A DNA stretch of 64,000 nt from Tubulanus polymorphus (Eukaryota; Animalia; Nemertea). Of the stretch, positions 50,003 to 62,554 are shown one piece after another. Under the pieces are notes generated by a model. The model was not told the origin of the DNA. It was given only the letters and a program-made list of their open reading frames with translations, and did no database searches. The stretch covers positions 15,472,150 through 15,536,149 of the forward strand of contig NC_134026.1 in NCBI RefSeq assembly GCF_964204645.1, read 5' to 3'. The position numbers and the translations under genes were made by a program. Positions within the stretch are counted from its first letter, which is position 1. Every line of letters starts with the position of its first letter.

Positions 50003-52450
50003 TGATGGGGGTTCATCTTTTGTTTTGGTGCCATACACCTCATTGAATGATTTATAATGGTCACCTGTAGACCCTGCTGCAGGAAAAGGCAGATAACTTA
50101 GACTAGCAAACTCATCTTGGGGAAGCCTTGGCAAACGACAGATGTTACAATCAAATTGCCCGCACTTTTTCAAGCAAAAACTATACCCATTTGACTGCAG
50201 TGTTTCATAATAGCGGTTATCTCTTCACTTTTTCTGACCGATGAAGATTTGTCGGGATCAAGTGCTTCATCAATATTTTTCACGACGCAGAAAAAAATCA
50301 TCAATTTCTGCTTGTGTGGCAGAAGTAATTGTCTGGAAACTCTCATCTTTCAGACTGAACGTACTGATAACAGAACCCATGAGTTCTTTAACTGGCTTTG
50401 TTGAAGCCAACAGAGCTTCCCGAGTACCAACATTTTTCTCTGCAGCCTCCCTAATATCTTTCATGGAGTTACAACCTTTGATAAGAATTTTCAACATTTT
50501 CTGATGCTTTGTCTCTCATCAAACCGATACACTGCAGCCCGACATTAATGATAGACATTATTCGTTCTACTGGATTCGCCCACGAATTATGTGGTGCTGT
50601 CCTTACAGCTACAAGCATGTCTAGATCCATTTGTAGGAATAAACATAGATAGTACAATTGTACAGTTATGTACTTTAGCCTGTGATCGGGTCCACCATCA
50701 GAATAGATGAATAAAATGGGACGTTACGACTCAGATAAAAGGATGCTATGAAGTTCTGTTGCATGCCGTATAGGGCTTGATGGCTCGAAGATTGAATCTT
50801 TCAGTGAAACATAAACTTTTCCTCTGTAAAAGGATCCAGTTATATGAGGTGGTACATCAACAAGCAGACAAACACTATGTATAAGCCCGAACTTTGTGAA
50901 ATCATGGTCTCCTACTTCAAAAGAAGAATTTGTTGAAACAATTACCTGGTGGCCCCTCTCACATGCAGCAACAGGGTATCCCGGCTCTCCAACTTTACAT
51001 TTGTGCTTGTCATCAATTGACACAAAGTAACTATTCTCTCTAAGTTTTATGGCCATCTCTCTCTCGTACTTAAATAATGCTGCACAATAATGCATGTCGA
51101 TATGAGAAGCCCTGACCTGCCTTTTTTGAATCATAAACTTTAATTCAAGTCTACCGGTATATTGCAATTCCGTCTTAGCATATGGATCTTTGGGCCATAA
51201 TTGTAACCTTAACCATTCCTGAGAAGGAATTGGTGTACCGGGGGGGGGGGGGGGGTATCTCCCCGAAACCTCTTTATGCAACTGTGGCACAGACAGGTTC
51301 ATATACTGCCTTCCGGCCAGAATTGAGAGCTCTAAGGTCAGAGACAATGTCAACGCAGCCATCAAGTAAAACTAGTCGCATCCGAGCATCAATTTCAGCC
51401 TCATGAGAGTTACAAGAGCCAGAGCTGTCACAGGTCAGTACTTTATACATGATCGAAATACCATGGGTTTCACCTTGATAACTGTACCGATAATTTTATG
51501 TGCGGATCTCTTCATTTCTCTGGTATGAAATTCAGGCATTGAGTTTGACAATTCAACAACAATTTGTGAGTTTTTGTTCACAACTTCAATATCATTATCA
51601 TCATTATTTGTTTTCCAGATGAAATGGAGAGAACCAAGATTGTTGCCAGAATTGTAAGAATACATACTAATGGAAATCTTAATCCATTCTTTTTCAAACT
51701 AACAATGATCTCATACCTCAATTTTTTGATCATCTGGCATGAACTGATTGATAAATACATGTTCATAGACTGATTTCTCAGAAAGAAGTTCATATAAAGT
51801 TCCCACTAGTTTGTTATGCATTGCAGTAAACGGAAGACCATAAGGTAATGTCATCAAATGGCCAGCATCACTTATGTTTCTTACTGGCTCCGAGGATCTA
51901 TGATTTTCTGTTACTTCTCTATTTTTTCTCCTTTAGATATGTTGCATATTTATGTAAACACAGTGCTAGCTCTTCCGTGAGTGTCTTGAGATCCTGCCAT
52001 TTGCTTAACTGAATCCATGGCTGTAAGAAAAAAGTACAGGTTTTCAACAGTAAAATTAAAGACGACTAGCCGTGACTCCGAATTCACTGAAACATAGTTA
52101 TATAGAGAAAATATATCATCAAACATTTCAAAATTCAATTTTTTTGCCAATTTTAGTGGCTAATACCTGTTGCAGCGTCTTGAAAAGCAACTGTGAAGAT
52201 GCCGAAAGCTCAATTCCATTAAGTGTCGGTCGTGTGTGTTTATGTCGCTCTGGACAGTTGTACCCATTTAGGCCAACCAACTTGTCTGGAATCTTACAAC
52301 CTCTAGAATATAGTTTATCCTGAAATCGCAATAAATATTTTTGTAAATTATATATGCTGTCAGTACTAAATTCATATTGTACACAAAAATGTTTTTCCCT
52401 GTTTTTGTTAGAGCCATGTTGTTCGTTTGCCAAACCAGTAGGTTGTCCAC
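50003..52450 (-). pseudogene. Zator-like DDE transposase, central part
   Basis: SIDDKHKCKVGEPG, GDHDF, YSDGGPDHR (50685-50708), RTAPHNSWANPVERIMS; several frameshifts and stops. Confidence 0.78.
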
Positions 52451-52698
52451 CAAATTACTTGGTGAAACAGTTTGTTTTTATCATAAGATAACATGCATGA
52501 AAGCCGCAAGATAAATGTAGCCTACGTTCAGAAAATCAGATCCATTAATAGGCCTATCCGTGTGCCAATATGAAAGCATTTTTGACCTGTAACTCAGTGA
52601 CAGAGTATTGTTTCATATATCTTTCTGTTTTGGAAACTATTGTCATAACTTGAAATCTTTTGAGACATTAATACCTACCTGATGACCGTCTATCTTTA

Positions 52699-55600
52699 TG
52701 TAAAGGTGTTTGGGTCCGATGGACCGTTAGAGGCTGGGCAACACAGCCAGTTCCACGAGGATGTAGCAATATGTACACATTAGCATGTAGTTTAAATATC
52801 CACAGTAGAAATAAAACTGAATAAGTTGTATTTGGGTCCGTTAGACCGTTAGAGGCTGGGTGACGCAGCCAGGTCACGAGGGTGTAGCAATGTAACAATC
52901 ATATCATTCACAGTAAAAATAAAAACGAGCAATTCATATTGAGAATGTGAGGTACACATTGTGTTGTTTCTTTTTTATATAGTAAACAGGCGTCGGTGTA
53001 TGGGTGTATTATATTGCAAGTCATTGCAAATAGTACTGATAGCCTAATCAGATAGATGGCGTGTGTATCAACAACACATTCAAGGCCTCACAGTGGCGGG
53101 TAGTGGTGAGAACCGATATGGATGTTAGATTTGTGCAAAGGTGGGACGGGCTTTCCTCGTCTCGTGTGGAGAGTACTTTCCGTCCTGTCAAAACAGGGTC
53201 CGTTGGTGTTGCGAGGGTAATTGCACCGATCATCTGTCGGCGTATGTACGAGGAGGTTCTTAAAATCATCGATCTGATGTGATCTGAAGCGATTTTTTTG
53301 TGACCGCCGGGCGGTATTGATCCGACCAGGTATTCATTGGTTGTCGAATATTGATATAGCGTTACGTTGATAAAACAACACGTCGGGAGTAAATTGACTG
53401 CCCTTAGCATCAGTCCGAGCGGCTGTATATCGAGTCCTGAGAGTGTCTATACATGAGCGGAACGGAAACTGATTTAAACGGTTTTCACCTGATTTTGCAT
53501 AAATCTAGATTGAAGGGTTCGTATGAAGCACATAAAACCGACTATTATTACGGTATTGAGGTTGAGATGGTGGTGTGCCTTACACACATCTCGCGAGGAC
53601 TAGAATGTATTTGGTGATCAGTGAGATTGAATCAAATGAGCGCTTTTTTGTGCGCGTGTGTAAGAGATCCGTACGATATCGTTGGTCCGCTTTGTAGATT
53701 TGAGCGCGTATTTCGCGAGCACTATAGCCTCGGGCCCGGAGGTAACCCTGTAGTTTTTTGCATTGTGAGCGGTATTCGCTTTCGTCCGAGCAGATTTTCT
53801 TAAATCTGAGAGCCTGTGCGTATGCAACGTTGTTGCTGCAGTGAGGCGGGTGACACGATTTTTTGTGTAGGAGCGAGTGTGCGTCCGTGGGTTATGTGTA
53901 TACCCTTGTTGAGAGTTTACCTGAGTTCTCAAAATCTTTCCCTGTGTAGACTTCAACGTCTAGGAAGGGTACCTTCTCCCTTGATTGTGTCAGTTCGTAT
54001 TGGATGGTACGGTGTGATTGGTTCATATGTTCGAAAAATTCGAGTAGTTTATCTTCACCGTGGGTCCAGATTGAGAATATATCATCTATATATCTCCAAT
54101 ATAACATGGGTATAGTATTGTTCGGTGCCGAGCGGAGACATTTAGTCTCGAGATAATGCATAAATATGATCGCAAGACTCGGGCTGACTTTCGAACCCAT
54201 GGCGCAACCCTCTATTTGAAGCCGGTGTTCGTTTTTCCCGAAAGAGAATTCATTTCTCTTCAGTATTAGATTCAGGAATTGAACGAAGCGTCTTTTGTCT
54301 TGACGGCGAACTGCGTATTGTAGCGGGAAGTCATCTAGACTTCTTAGGATGCTACTGATGGCTTCTCCGTGAGGGATGTTGGTGTATAGACTTTTGACAT
54401 CCATTGTCACTAATATCGCATCTTTGTGGAGGGGAGGGAGGGAGTTGATTTTGTTGAGAAAGTCATTAGTATCTTGGATGTATGTTGATACTCGACTCGC
54501 GATCGGTCTCAGAAAATAGTCCAGATATTTGGATATCTTTTCCGTGGGGCCATTGTTGCCGCTTAGGATCGGTCTTCCCGGGTTGTTGGCCTTGTGAATC
54601 TTCGGTAGAAGGTAGAACTCGGGGATTTTGATATCAGATCCCGGTGTTAGATATAGCCACGTAACATGGTCTATTTCTTGGTTGTTTCTCATATCGTCTA
54701 TGATTCTTTTTATTTCACTTGTGACTAAAGTAGTGTCGGGTAGGACGATTGACCGGTAGCTGTTGGTGTCATTTAGCTGTCTCAGAGCTTTTTTTTGTAA
54801 GAGTCTTTGCTCATGATAGCTATGGCTCCCCCTTTGTCACAGGGTTTACAATGAGATCATTATTCCGATTTAGTTCGTTGATCGCTCTCATCTCGTTTTT
54901 CGATAAATTGGATTTGAATTTTTGTGTGAGATTGAGTTTTTTGAGCTCTGTACGCGTTAGTTCAATATAACGTTCGAGCCGGCGATCGCCTGATGTAAGC
55001 GGATTGAATTGGCTTTTCCCTTTGAAGGGGTGCAGTGAGTTTTTCTCACGGTTAAAAAATATATATTTCAACCTAAGGCGGCGGAAGAAGGCTTCGGCGG
55101 CCGTGAGAAGTTCGTCCTTCTGTGTCGGTGCATTATTGGGTACGAATTTCAGACCCTTGCTTAATGCATTAATGGTGGTTTTGCTAACCACGTTATCTGA
55201 TTGGTTGACCACAAATCTGTTGTGCTGGGAGGCAGTTGTAGCGGAGGGTTTACCTCGGCTGATGCGTGATCCAGTTGAGTGGTTTTTCCACTGGTTGTTT
55301 TTCCTCCTACCCATGAGGGAGAGTAAGACTGGAATGTGAGTGCGTGATACTGTGAGCAGAGTTCCGCGTGTGTCGTCTGGTTAGATACACTGCTGGATTA
55401 GCCGAGTAGATCGGTATTAAACAGCTGTAGAACAAAGGGTTTAGCTGTTAGTGGCTCTATGAGTGTAATCAATAGGTGGGTAATCGACCTAGTCGTGTGA
55501 TTAACACTGTTCTCTGTATGCGGGCGTGTTTTGTATACATATAATGTATAATGCACGATGGCGGCTCGTGTGTGTTCGTTGTGATGAAAAAATAAAAGAA

Positions 55601-57683
55601 AATAAAAAATGAAATCCCATTAAACTGTGAACACATATATATGAGCCTTGTTTTTAGACACGCGGACGGTTAACGTAGGAGTGTGGTTCAAGGGAACGAC
55701 TGTTCAGATAGAAATATATTTCTAAACACTTAAATAGGTTTGCGTCGGACTGAGATGGACTAAGTCTGTCTTGGATATAGGGGTAGTCCTGATAAGGACT
55801 GTTGAGAGAGTGTGTGTTGTTGTGAGAAAGAGAAAATGGATTATTCTCTTCTCGGTCGCTTGCCCCGGTAGTTAGAGCGGCCGCCGGATTGGTGACGTCC
55901 CCTACTCGGGTGACGTTTCTTCGGTGCCGTCGTAGGGTCCTCTTCGTTTACCATTGGTGTCGGTTGAGCTGGAGCTGATTTCGGTGTGACGGCGCTAGCT
56001 TCTGCTTCTTTGAGCTGGGTTTCTGAGGCGCCTGGTAACTTTAAGATCTCAGCTGCGATCGCCTCCGAATAGAGGCGAATAGTGTTCGGGTCTTGTTGAG
56101 TTGGTCTCTGTAGACGGGTGCGGCGGTTCCGATGGCGGCGTCGCGGTAGCGTTGGTTGAGTCCAATGTAGAGCAGTTAGTGATCAGTTAGTGAATAGCTA
56201 ACTATTTATACTCTCTGGGTGCTCCCGCAGGGCACCAATCGGAGAGTTTGTTGTTTCAAAGGCTAATTATCGCTGTTACGCGCTGATTGGCTAGAGTCAC
56301 TCGACGTCGTGTTGTACACATCCGGTGGTGTGTTGTGTGTATATACTGTGATTTGCTAACTGCGTGATCGTTCTTCTGTGTATTTATCAGGTTTTTTGCT
56401 CCTTCAGTGTATGAGGGGGTGATTCTGTGTATAAATTGTGTGGACCGTGGTGTTCACGGAAAGTTCTGTTACCCACACGGGATCGTTCGAGTTAGCGATC
56501 TACTGGTATTCCTCAAGTAAATCCGTGCCGTAGCAGGGACCAGTTAACCGTATGGTTGGTTGTAAATAGAACCGATATTGCTATTCTGCTACCGATGTGG
56601 GTGGCTGGACACACCGTCTATGTTGGCCATTTTCACGTTGAAACAACGGCTTCTACCTGGGGGTAGGAAAAAGAAGACATGTTAAGGTCTGTTAAGAAGA
56701 CATGTTAAGTTTGGGTCCGCTGGACCGTTAGAGGCTGTTACAACTTATTCAGTTTTATTTCTGCTGTGGATATTTAAACTACATAGTAATGTGTACATAT
56801 TGCTACACCCTCGTGGAACTGGCTGTGTTGCCCAGCCTCTAACGGTCCAGCGGACCCAAACACCTTAACATAAAATCAGTTTCCGTTCCGCTCATGTATA
56901 GACACTCTCAGGACTCGATATACAGCCGCTCGGACTGATGCTAAGGGCAGTCAATTTACTCCTGACGTGTCGTTTTATCAACGTAACGCTATATCAATAT
57001 TCGACAACCAAGGAATACCTGGTCGAATCAATACCGCCCGGCGGTCACAAAAAAAATCGCTTCAGATCACATCGGATCGATGATTTTAAGAACCTCCTCA
57101 ATCCAAACAGATTGAAATATAGACGTAGTTGATACATACGCCGACAGATGATCGGTGCGATTACCCTCGCAACACCAACGGACCCTGTTTTGACAGGACG
57201 GAAAGTACTCTCCACACGAGACGAGGAAAGCCCGTCCCACCTTTGCACAAATCTAACATCCATATCGGTTCTCAGCACTACCCGCCACTGTGAGGCCTCG
57301 AATGTGTTGTTGATACACACGCCATCTATCTGATTAGGCTATCAGTACTATTTGAAATGACTTGCAATATAATACACTCATACACCGACGCCTGTTTACT
57401 ATATAAAAAAGAAACAACACAATGTGTACCTCACATTCTCAATATGAATTACTCGTTTTTATTTCTACTGTGAATGATAGCCTATAATTGTTACATTGCT
57501 ACACCCTCGTGAACTGGCTGCGTCACCCAGCCTCTAACGGTCTAACGGACCCAAATACAACTTATTCAGTTTTATTTCTACTGTGGATATTTAAACTACT
57601 AATGTGTACATATTGCTACACCCTCGTGGAACTGGCTGTGTTGCCCAGCCTCTAACGGTCCAGCGGACCCAAACACCTTAACA
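52699..57683 (-). mobile_element. Penelope-like retroelement bounded by ~800-bp inverted repeats
   Basis: PLE-type RT on the minus strand; 52699-53475 is the reverse complement of 56873-57683. Confidence 0.88.
53480..55314 (-). pseudogene. Penelope-type reverse transcriptase, frameshifted
   Basis: LSKGLKFVP, YLLPKIHK, GRPILS, DVKSLYTNIP, GCAMGS, WRYIDDIF, PFLDV and a KPTD...SCHP thumb in the next frame. Confidence 0.93.
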
Positions 57684-57807
57684 GATCATACTGTTCTGGC
57701 CATACGGTTTTCTGTGCAGACATCATGATTAGTTAGTTCGAATGCCGTCGGCTGCCGACTGCTGGTGTTACTAGCTTCAGTTTTCTTACTGTCAACTACA
57801 TGATACC

Positions 57808-58152
57808 TCACATATTTTCCAAACTGGGTAGTGTCTTGCATGCACAGGCACTGAGGTAAGGTCTGAAATTTGCCATCGATTTGGCTTCCAACATATAGGC
57901 TTTAACGCTATGAATTCCTTCGCTGTTCTCGTCATTCAAAGTAGACAAAGATTCGTCTAAAATGCAGGAACTCAGTTCCCTTAGCGATACCGATTTTACA
58001 ATGTCTTTGCTTTCGAAAAGTATATAGTTGAAGGCTTCCTTCACGTTAAGTCCATTGTCTAAAGCAAGAACAGACCAATCTAACACAACTGCATCACCGT
58101 GTTTAATCGAAACGGAGCATACAATCATTTTTGCTACCTTTTCCCTTTTCAC
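57808..58152 (-). pseudogene. Probable N-terminal exon of the Zator-like transposase gene
   Basis: 114-aa ORF starting ~290 bp inside the GGCCACACAAAG terminus and ending near a GT donor-like site. Confidence 0.5.
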
Positions 58153-58447
58153 GCTGTGTGTAACTCGACGACCTTGTCGGTGTTGTTGTCACCGTGAACA
58201 CTAAAATGTGGATAACGCGAAGGCGGGCATAACGCCCGCAGAAAAAAAGGAAAAAATGACTGTGCAACATCTCACAGCTATGCGGGCGAGCGGGTTTTAA
58301 TTTTTACTAAAAAAAAACACGATTGATGCTTTACCGATGCGGGCGAGCGCATTTTACTTTTTAATTTTTATTAGGTACTTTTTCAATGACGCGGGCGGCA
58401 TTTAACTTTCTTGAGAAACTAGGGTATTTCTTTGTGTGGCCTTATAC

Positions 58448-58690
58448 GCGCGCGCAAAAACAAACTTTCGTTTTTGCGCCCGCACAAAAACAACCTTTTA
58501 GCGCGCTAAAACGGATTATTTTGTTTTTTGCGCGTTAAACGTTTGTTTTTGTGCGCGCGCAATAACAAATATTCGTTTTTGCCCCCGCGCAAAAACAAAC
58601 TTTTAGCGCGCAAAAACGGATTATTTCGTTTTTGCGCGTTAAAGGTTTGTCTTTGCGCGGTCATATTTGTTTTTGCGCGTTTTCGTGGAG
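58448..58690. repeat. Degenerate TTTTGCGCG / CGCGCAAAA tandem repeat
   Basis: Alternating GCGCGCAAAAAC and TTTTTGCGCG motifs. Confidence 0.7.
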
Positions 58691-59428
58691 GACGGAAAAA
58701 AATATTTTACATGGCCCGAATCAACCGCCATACGGTATATAGTCAATCTGTCAAATATTTCAGTACCAATGCTACTAAGGCTGAGTTGTTGTCAATGGTA
58801 TTTCATTCAGTGTTATAAAACCTGTGATGAACTGATACATTTCTGTGTTGTATGCTATATGTTATATGACTTCATTGATGATTATATATCTCATTGTATC
58901 ATATATTATACAGCATAGCAATGATTTATTCTTCGTAGTCTTACTCAATCTTGATATTGGTGTATTGATGCATATGTATGTTTACAATATACTTAATTAG
59001 GCTGTTCAAGATTGAGAAACACTCATTAGTGAGTGACTTGTGACTTAACTAATGTATTTGTAATTACCCTTTATCTAGTTGATCTTCACAGTGCATGTAC
59101 TCTGTGGTCATGTTACCTAAGTTTTGTATGTACCGTTTGTAATGTTGGTATTACAGTTTACTATAAATATGTTGTGAACATCTATACATTTTGACAGATT
59201 AAGGATTATTTTTGACTAATGCTCAGAATGCTTGTAATTGGATATAAAATGGAGGTGTTCTTTCAAATATCAGCAAATAGATTATCCTGTGTGAAAAGTC
59301 TCGTTTGTAATTAAATGCGATGCATTGTAAAATAAAGCGATATGACACAATTCGGAATGTTGTTGTAAATTCTATCTGAATTCAATAGACCCATCCTTAC
59401 CTCATACATACGAGTTAGCCGCTGAAGT

Positions 59429-59702
59429 TAAAGGCTGGCTTATATATAGGCTGGCGGGATATGAGATCCTCCCAGTTGCTTCCCTTCTCAAAATCCTTAT
59501 CACGTGCCCATTTGAGCCGTTGCAGTTGCTAGTAATCGCAACCGACATAAGCAGGGAAGCAACTGGGAGGATCTCATATCCCGCCAGTCGGCCTCAGTTG
59601 CTGCGAATCGGAGCGCAGTCGACATAAGCTAGGCTGCGATCGCGGTTGCTCTCAGTTGCGTCGGTAGGCGTCGCGTTGCTTGTCGACATAAGCCAGCCTT
59701 TA
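59429..59702. mobile_element. MITE (PIF/Harbinger-like ends) containing a nested 35-bp inverted repeat
   Basis: Outer TAAAGGCTGGCTTAT / ATAAGCCAGCCTTTA; inner perfect IR at 59451-59485 and 59553-59587. Confidence 0.65.
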
Positions 59703-59878
59703 GTGGATTTGATACGCCTTCAACAAATCTTCCTGATCCTTAGCTGCTATATACTATCTATAATCCAAAAACTTAGTACGGAGAGTATAACCAGGCAGCG
59801 GATACGGGGCACCAGAAAAATGCAACCAAATTTTGCAACGCTGGAAAATAAATACCACCGATAGAAATGCCACTGTTA

Positions 59879-60180
59879 GGCCACACAAAGAAAAACCCTA
59901 GTTTCTCAAGAAAGTCAAATGCCACCCACGTCATGAAAAAAAATCCATAATAAAAATTTAAAAGGCGAATGCGCTTGCCCGCATAGACAAAGCATCAACT
60001 GTCTTTTGTATGAAAATTGAAACCCGCTCGCCCGCATACTGCGTTTATATGCTCATCCTCGACATGCTCTTGGTAATCCACATTTACGGTGACAAAAAGA
60101 GCACACCAGGTGCGTTTCCTTTTACTTCATTTCGAGGAACCGTCGAAATAGCGAAAATGATTGTCTCAGTTTCGATTAAA
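59879..60180 (+). mobile_element. Second Zator-like 5' terminus, truncated
   Basis: TTA then GGCCACACAAAGAAAAACCCTAGTTTCTCAAGAAAG; diverged reverse-complement match to ~58100-58441. Confidence 0.7.
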
Positions 60181-60339
60181 TGAATCGATATGGTTTGATT
60201 TTATAGGTTTTGGGGAGTGACTTAACTCTAAATGACGAAGTTTTTTATGGCATGGAAATATTGTCAAAATTAACAATTGAAGATCAAAATAAATTATACT
60301 CCGATTTGAAAATTAAAGATAAAAATGCTAGATCGTTGG

Positions 60340-60530
60340 ACTGTTAAACTTAAATTGTTAAACAGTTTAACAATTTAAAATTTAAAAGCCTTACAATTTA
60401 GCATTTCAACAGTCTAACAATTTAACTTTTCAACGGTCTAACATTTTAACAGTCTAACAATTCAACATTTTAACGGCCTATCAATTTTACAGTTTAACAG
60501 TCTAATAATTAAACAGTCTAACAGCCTATT
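60340..60530 (+). repeat. Degenerate short tandem repeat (AACAGTCTAACAATT)
   Basis: Recurring TTAACAGTCTAACA motifs. Confidence 0.65.
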
Positions 60531-61844
60531 ATTATACATATTTATATTTCTTAATTTGTATTATATAATTCATCATTTAGTTTATGAATATATCTATGAT
60601 TTTTTAAGCTTTTTACATTGTTATACTTCTTTATTGCTTACTTTCTTTCACTCATTTATAAAGTTAAAATTTATTTGATTAATTCATTAGTTGATCTGTT
60701 TCAATAATTTTGTATTATTATTTTTATGTCCATTTCCATTTAACTTCTTTAATTTCTTACTTAATATCATATTTTAATCAATCGGACCTTTACTAATATT
60801 CTCAATAAAAGTATAGGGCAGCTAAAATTAATCCTCCAGCAACTAAATTATGTTTTAAATCATTTTTCCCAGCTGGAATAAAACCATTCTCGTTCAATCA
60901 TTAAAGAAAAAAATTAAAAGTTTTTATCTTTTCTAGTTTTATTATCTTATGTTCAATTTCTTTTGTAACATCAACCAACTTTTTTATTTCAAATTGTTTC
61001 TTGCTGATTTTATTTTAATATTTATTGACGCTAGGAATACTTTTCTCTCTCCCATTTATAAAGAACAGAAAATATTCGTGGAGATGACTGATGTGACGAC
61101 CTCTCGACCTCTGATCTGAAAACGTCATTTTCCAATTACTCTGATCTTAATCTTAACTTTTTACACATTTTATCTTTAATATTCAAGGGAATGGAATTTT
61201 GAAGATGCTTAAATAAATCAATCGATCTTCGTTATATTTGTATCTACCAAGTGCCCATCAGCTTACGAAATGAGTCGGTTGAACACAAGTCGGCTGAATG
61301 TTACCTTTTCTGTTCCCAAAAAGGTCGACTGATTTTGGCTTTACCTTTCGCTCTACGATCCTTATCAGACACTTAGGTTCGTGGTGTAATGCATGCCTGA
61401 ATTCAGAGACCTTCATCGATTCCTCGCAAGGGTTTGATTCCATACCGCCAACACAAACCCGTCAATGGTCTATTATTGCCCAAGGTTTCTTTGGACAGGT
61501 TGCTGCTACTAGGCGGCCACCAGTGTATTGTATATTAAAGTAGCAATAATACGTTGATAAAATCCACTTCATTAACACCTGATTCATCCATGTTAATCAT
61601 ACATAGTAGTACAATGTACTTAGAGAATACTTATCAACACGATTTCTTTGTCCGTAGAACGGAACCCTTGTACTGAATGTTTCAAATCGCCAATAGTCAA
61701 TTGTCTCTCGCATTGATTGAAAACTTGTCATTCGACACCTAATTGTGGTAACAATAGTGGTATCATCGACTTAGTACACGCGTACTTAAATATTGTTATC
61801 ATTTGGATTTGGTATAGGTCCCTGTTCCGTCCCGTTCCGGTAAT

Positions 61845-62412
61845 TACAGTAAGCCTCCTTCACGAGACCGGCAATTCTACTGTTAGCCCGATACCACTGT
61901 TACCAGTGATACTGCCCGATCCTTCGGAAGACCGGTGATACTACTGGTACCCCGATATCACTGATACCAGTGATAATGCCCATCCCTTCAGGGGACCTGT
62001 GATACTACTGGTAACAGGTCATACTACTGTTACCCCGTAACCACTTACCAGCGATACTGGCCGATCCTTCTGGAGACCGGTGATACTACTGTTAGCCCGA
62101 TACCAGTTACCAGTGATACTGCCCGATCCTTCTGGAGACCTGTGATACTACTGTCAGCCCGATACCACTGTTACCAGCGATACTGCCTGATCCTTCTGGA
62201 GACCGGTGACATTACTATTACCCTGATACCAGTGATACTGCTCGATCCTTCGAGAGACCTGTGATACTACTATTAGCCCGATACCACTGTAACCAGTGAT
62301 ACTGCCCGATCCTTCTGGAGACCTGTGATACTACTGCTACCCCGATACCACTGTTATCAGTGATACTGCCCGATCCTTTTAGAGACCGTGATACTACTGT
62401 TACCTGATACCA
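61845..62412 (+). repeat. ~62-bp minisatellite array
   Basis: Unit GGAGACCGGTGATACTACTGTTAGCCCGATACCACTGTTACCAGTGATACTGCCCGATCCTTC. Confidence 0.92.
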
Positions 62413-62554
62413 ATCGTCCATGCTTTGGTTGTTCGGTGGTTACCAGAACACCGTTTCAAGACGGCGGCTACGTAGAGGGCGCTTTAGGACAATACAGTGA
62501 GAAGAGAACAGCACGACCATAACAACACGGGCCGAAAGCATCCGTAGTAGCGCC

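Larger units (their letters stand above)
41928..58441 (-). mobile_element. Zator-like DNA transposon, decayed, split by Gypsy and Penelope insertions
   Basis: Transposase motifs at 50003-52450; C-terminal part at 41928-42407; N-terminal ORF 57808..58152; terminus GGCCACACAAAG (minus strand) at 58441 flanked by TTA. The other terminus was not found. Confidence 0.7.

Noticed and set aside
53048-53410. ORF in the Penelope terminal repeat as a GIY-YIG endonuclease
   Set aside because: No GIY/YIG-like or CCHH motif seen, and the frame is broken in the second copy.
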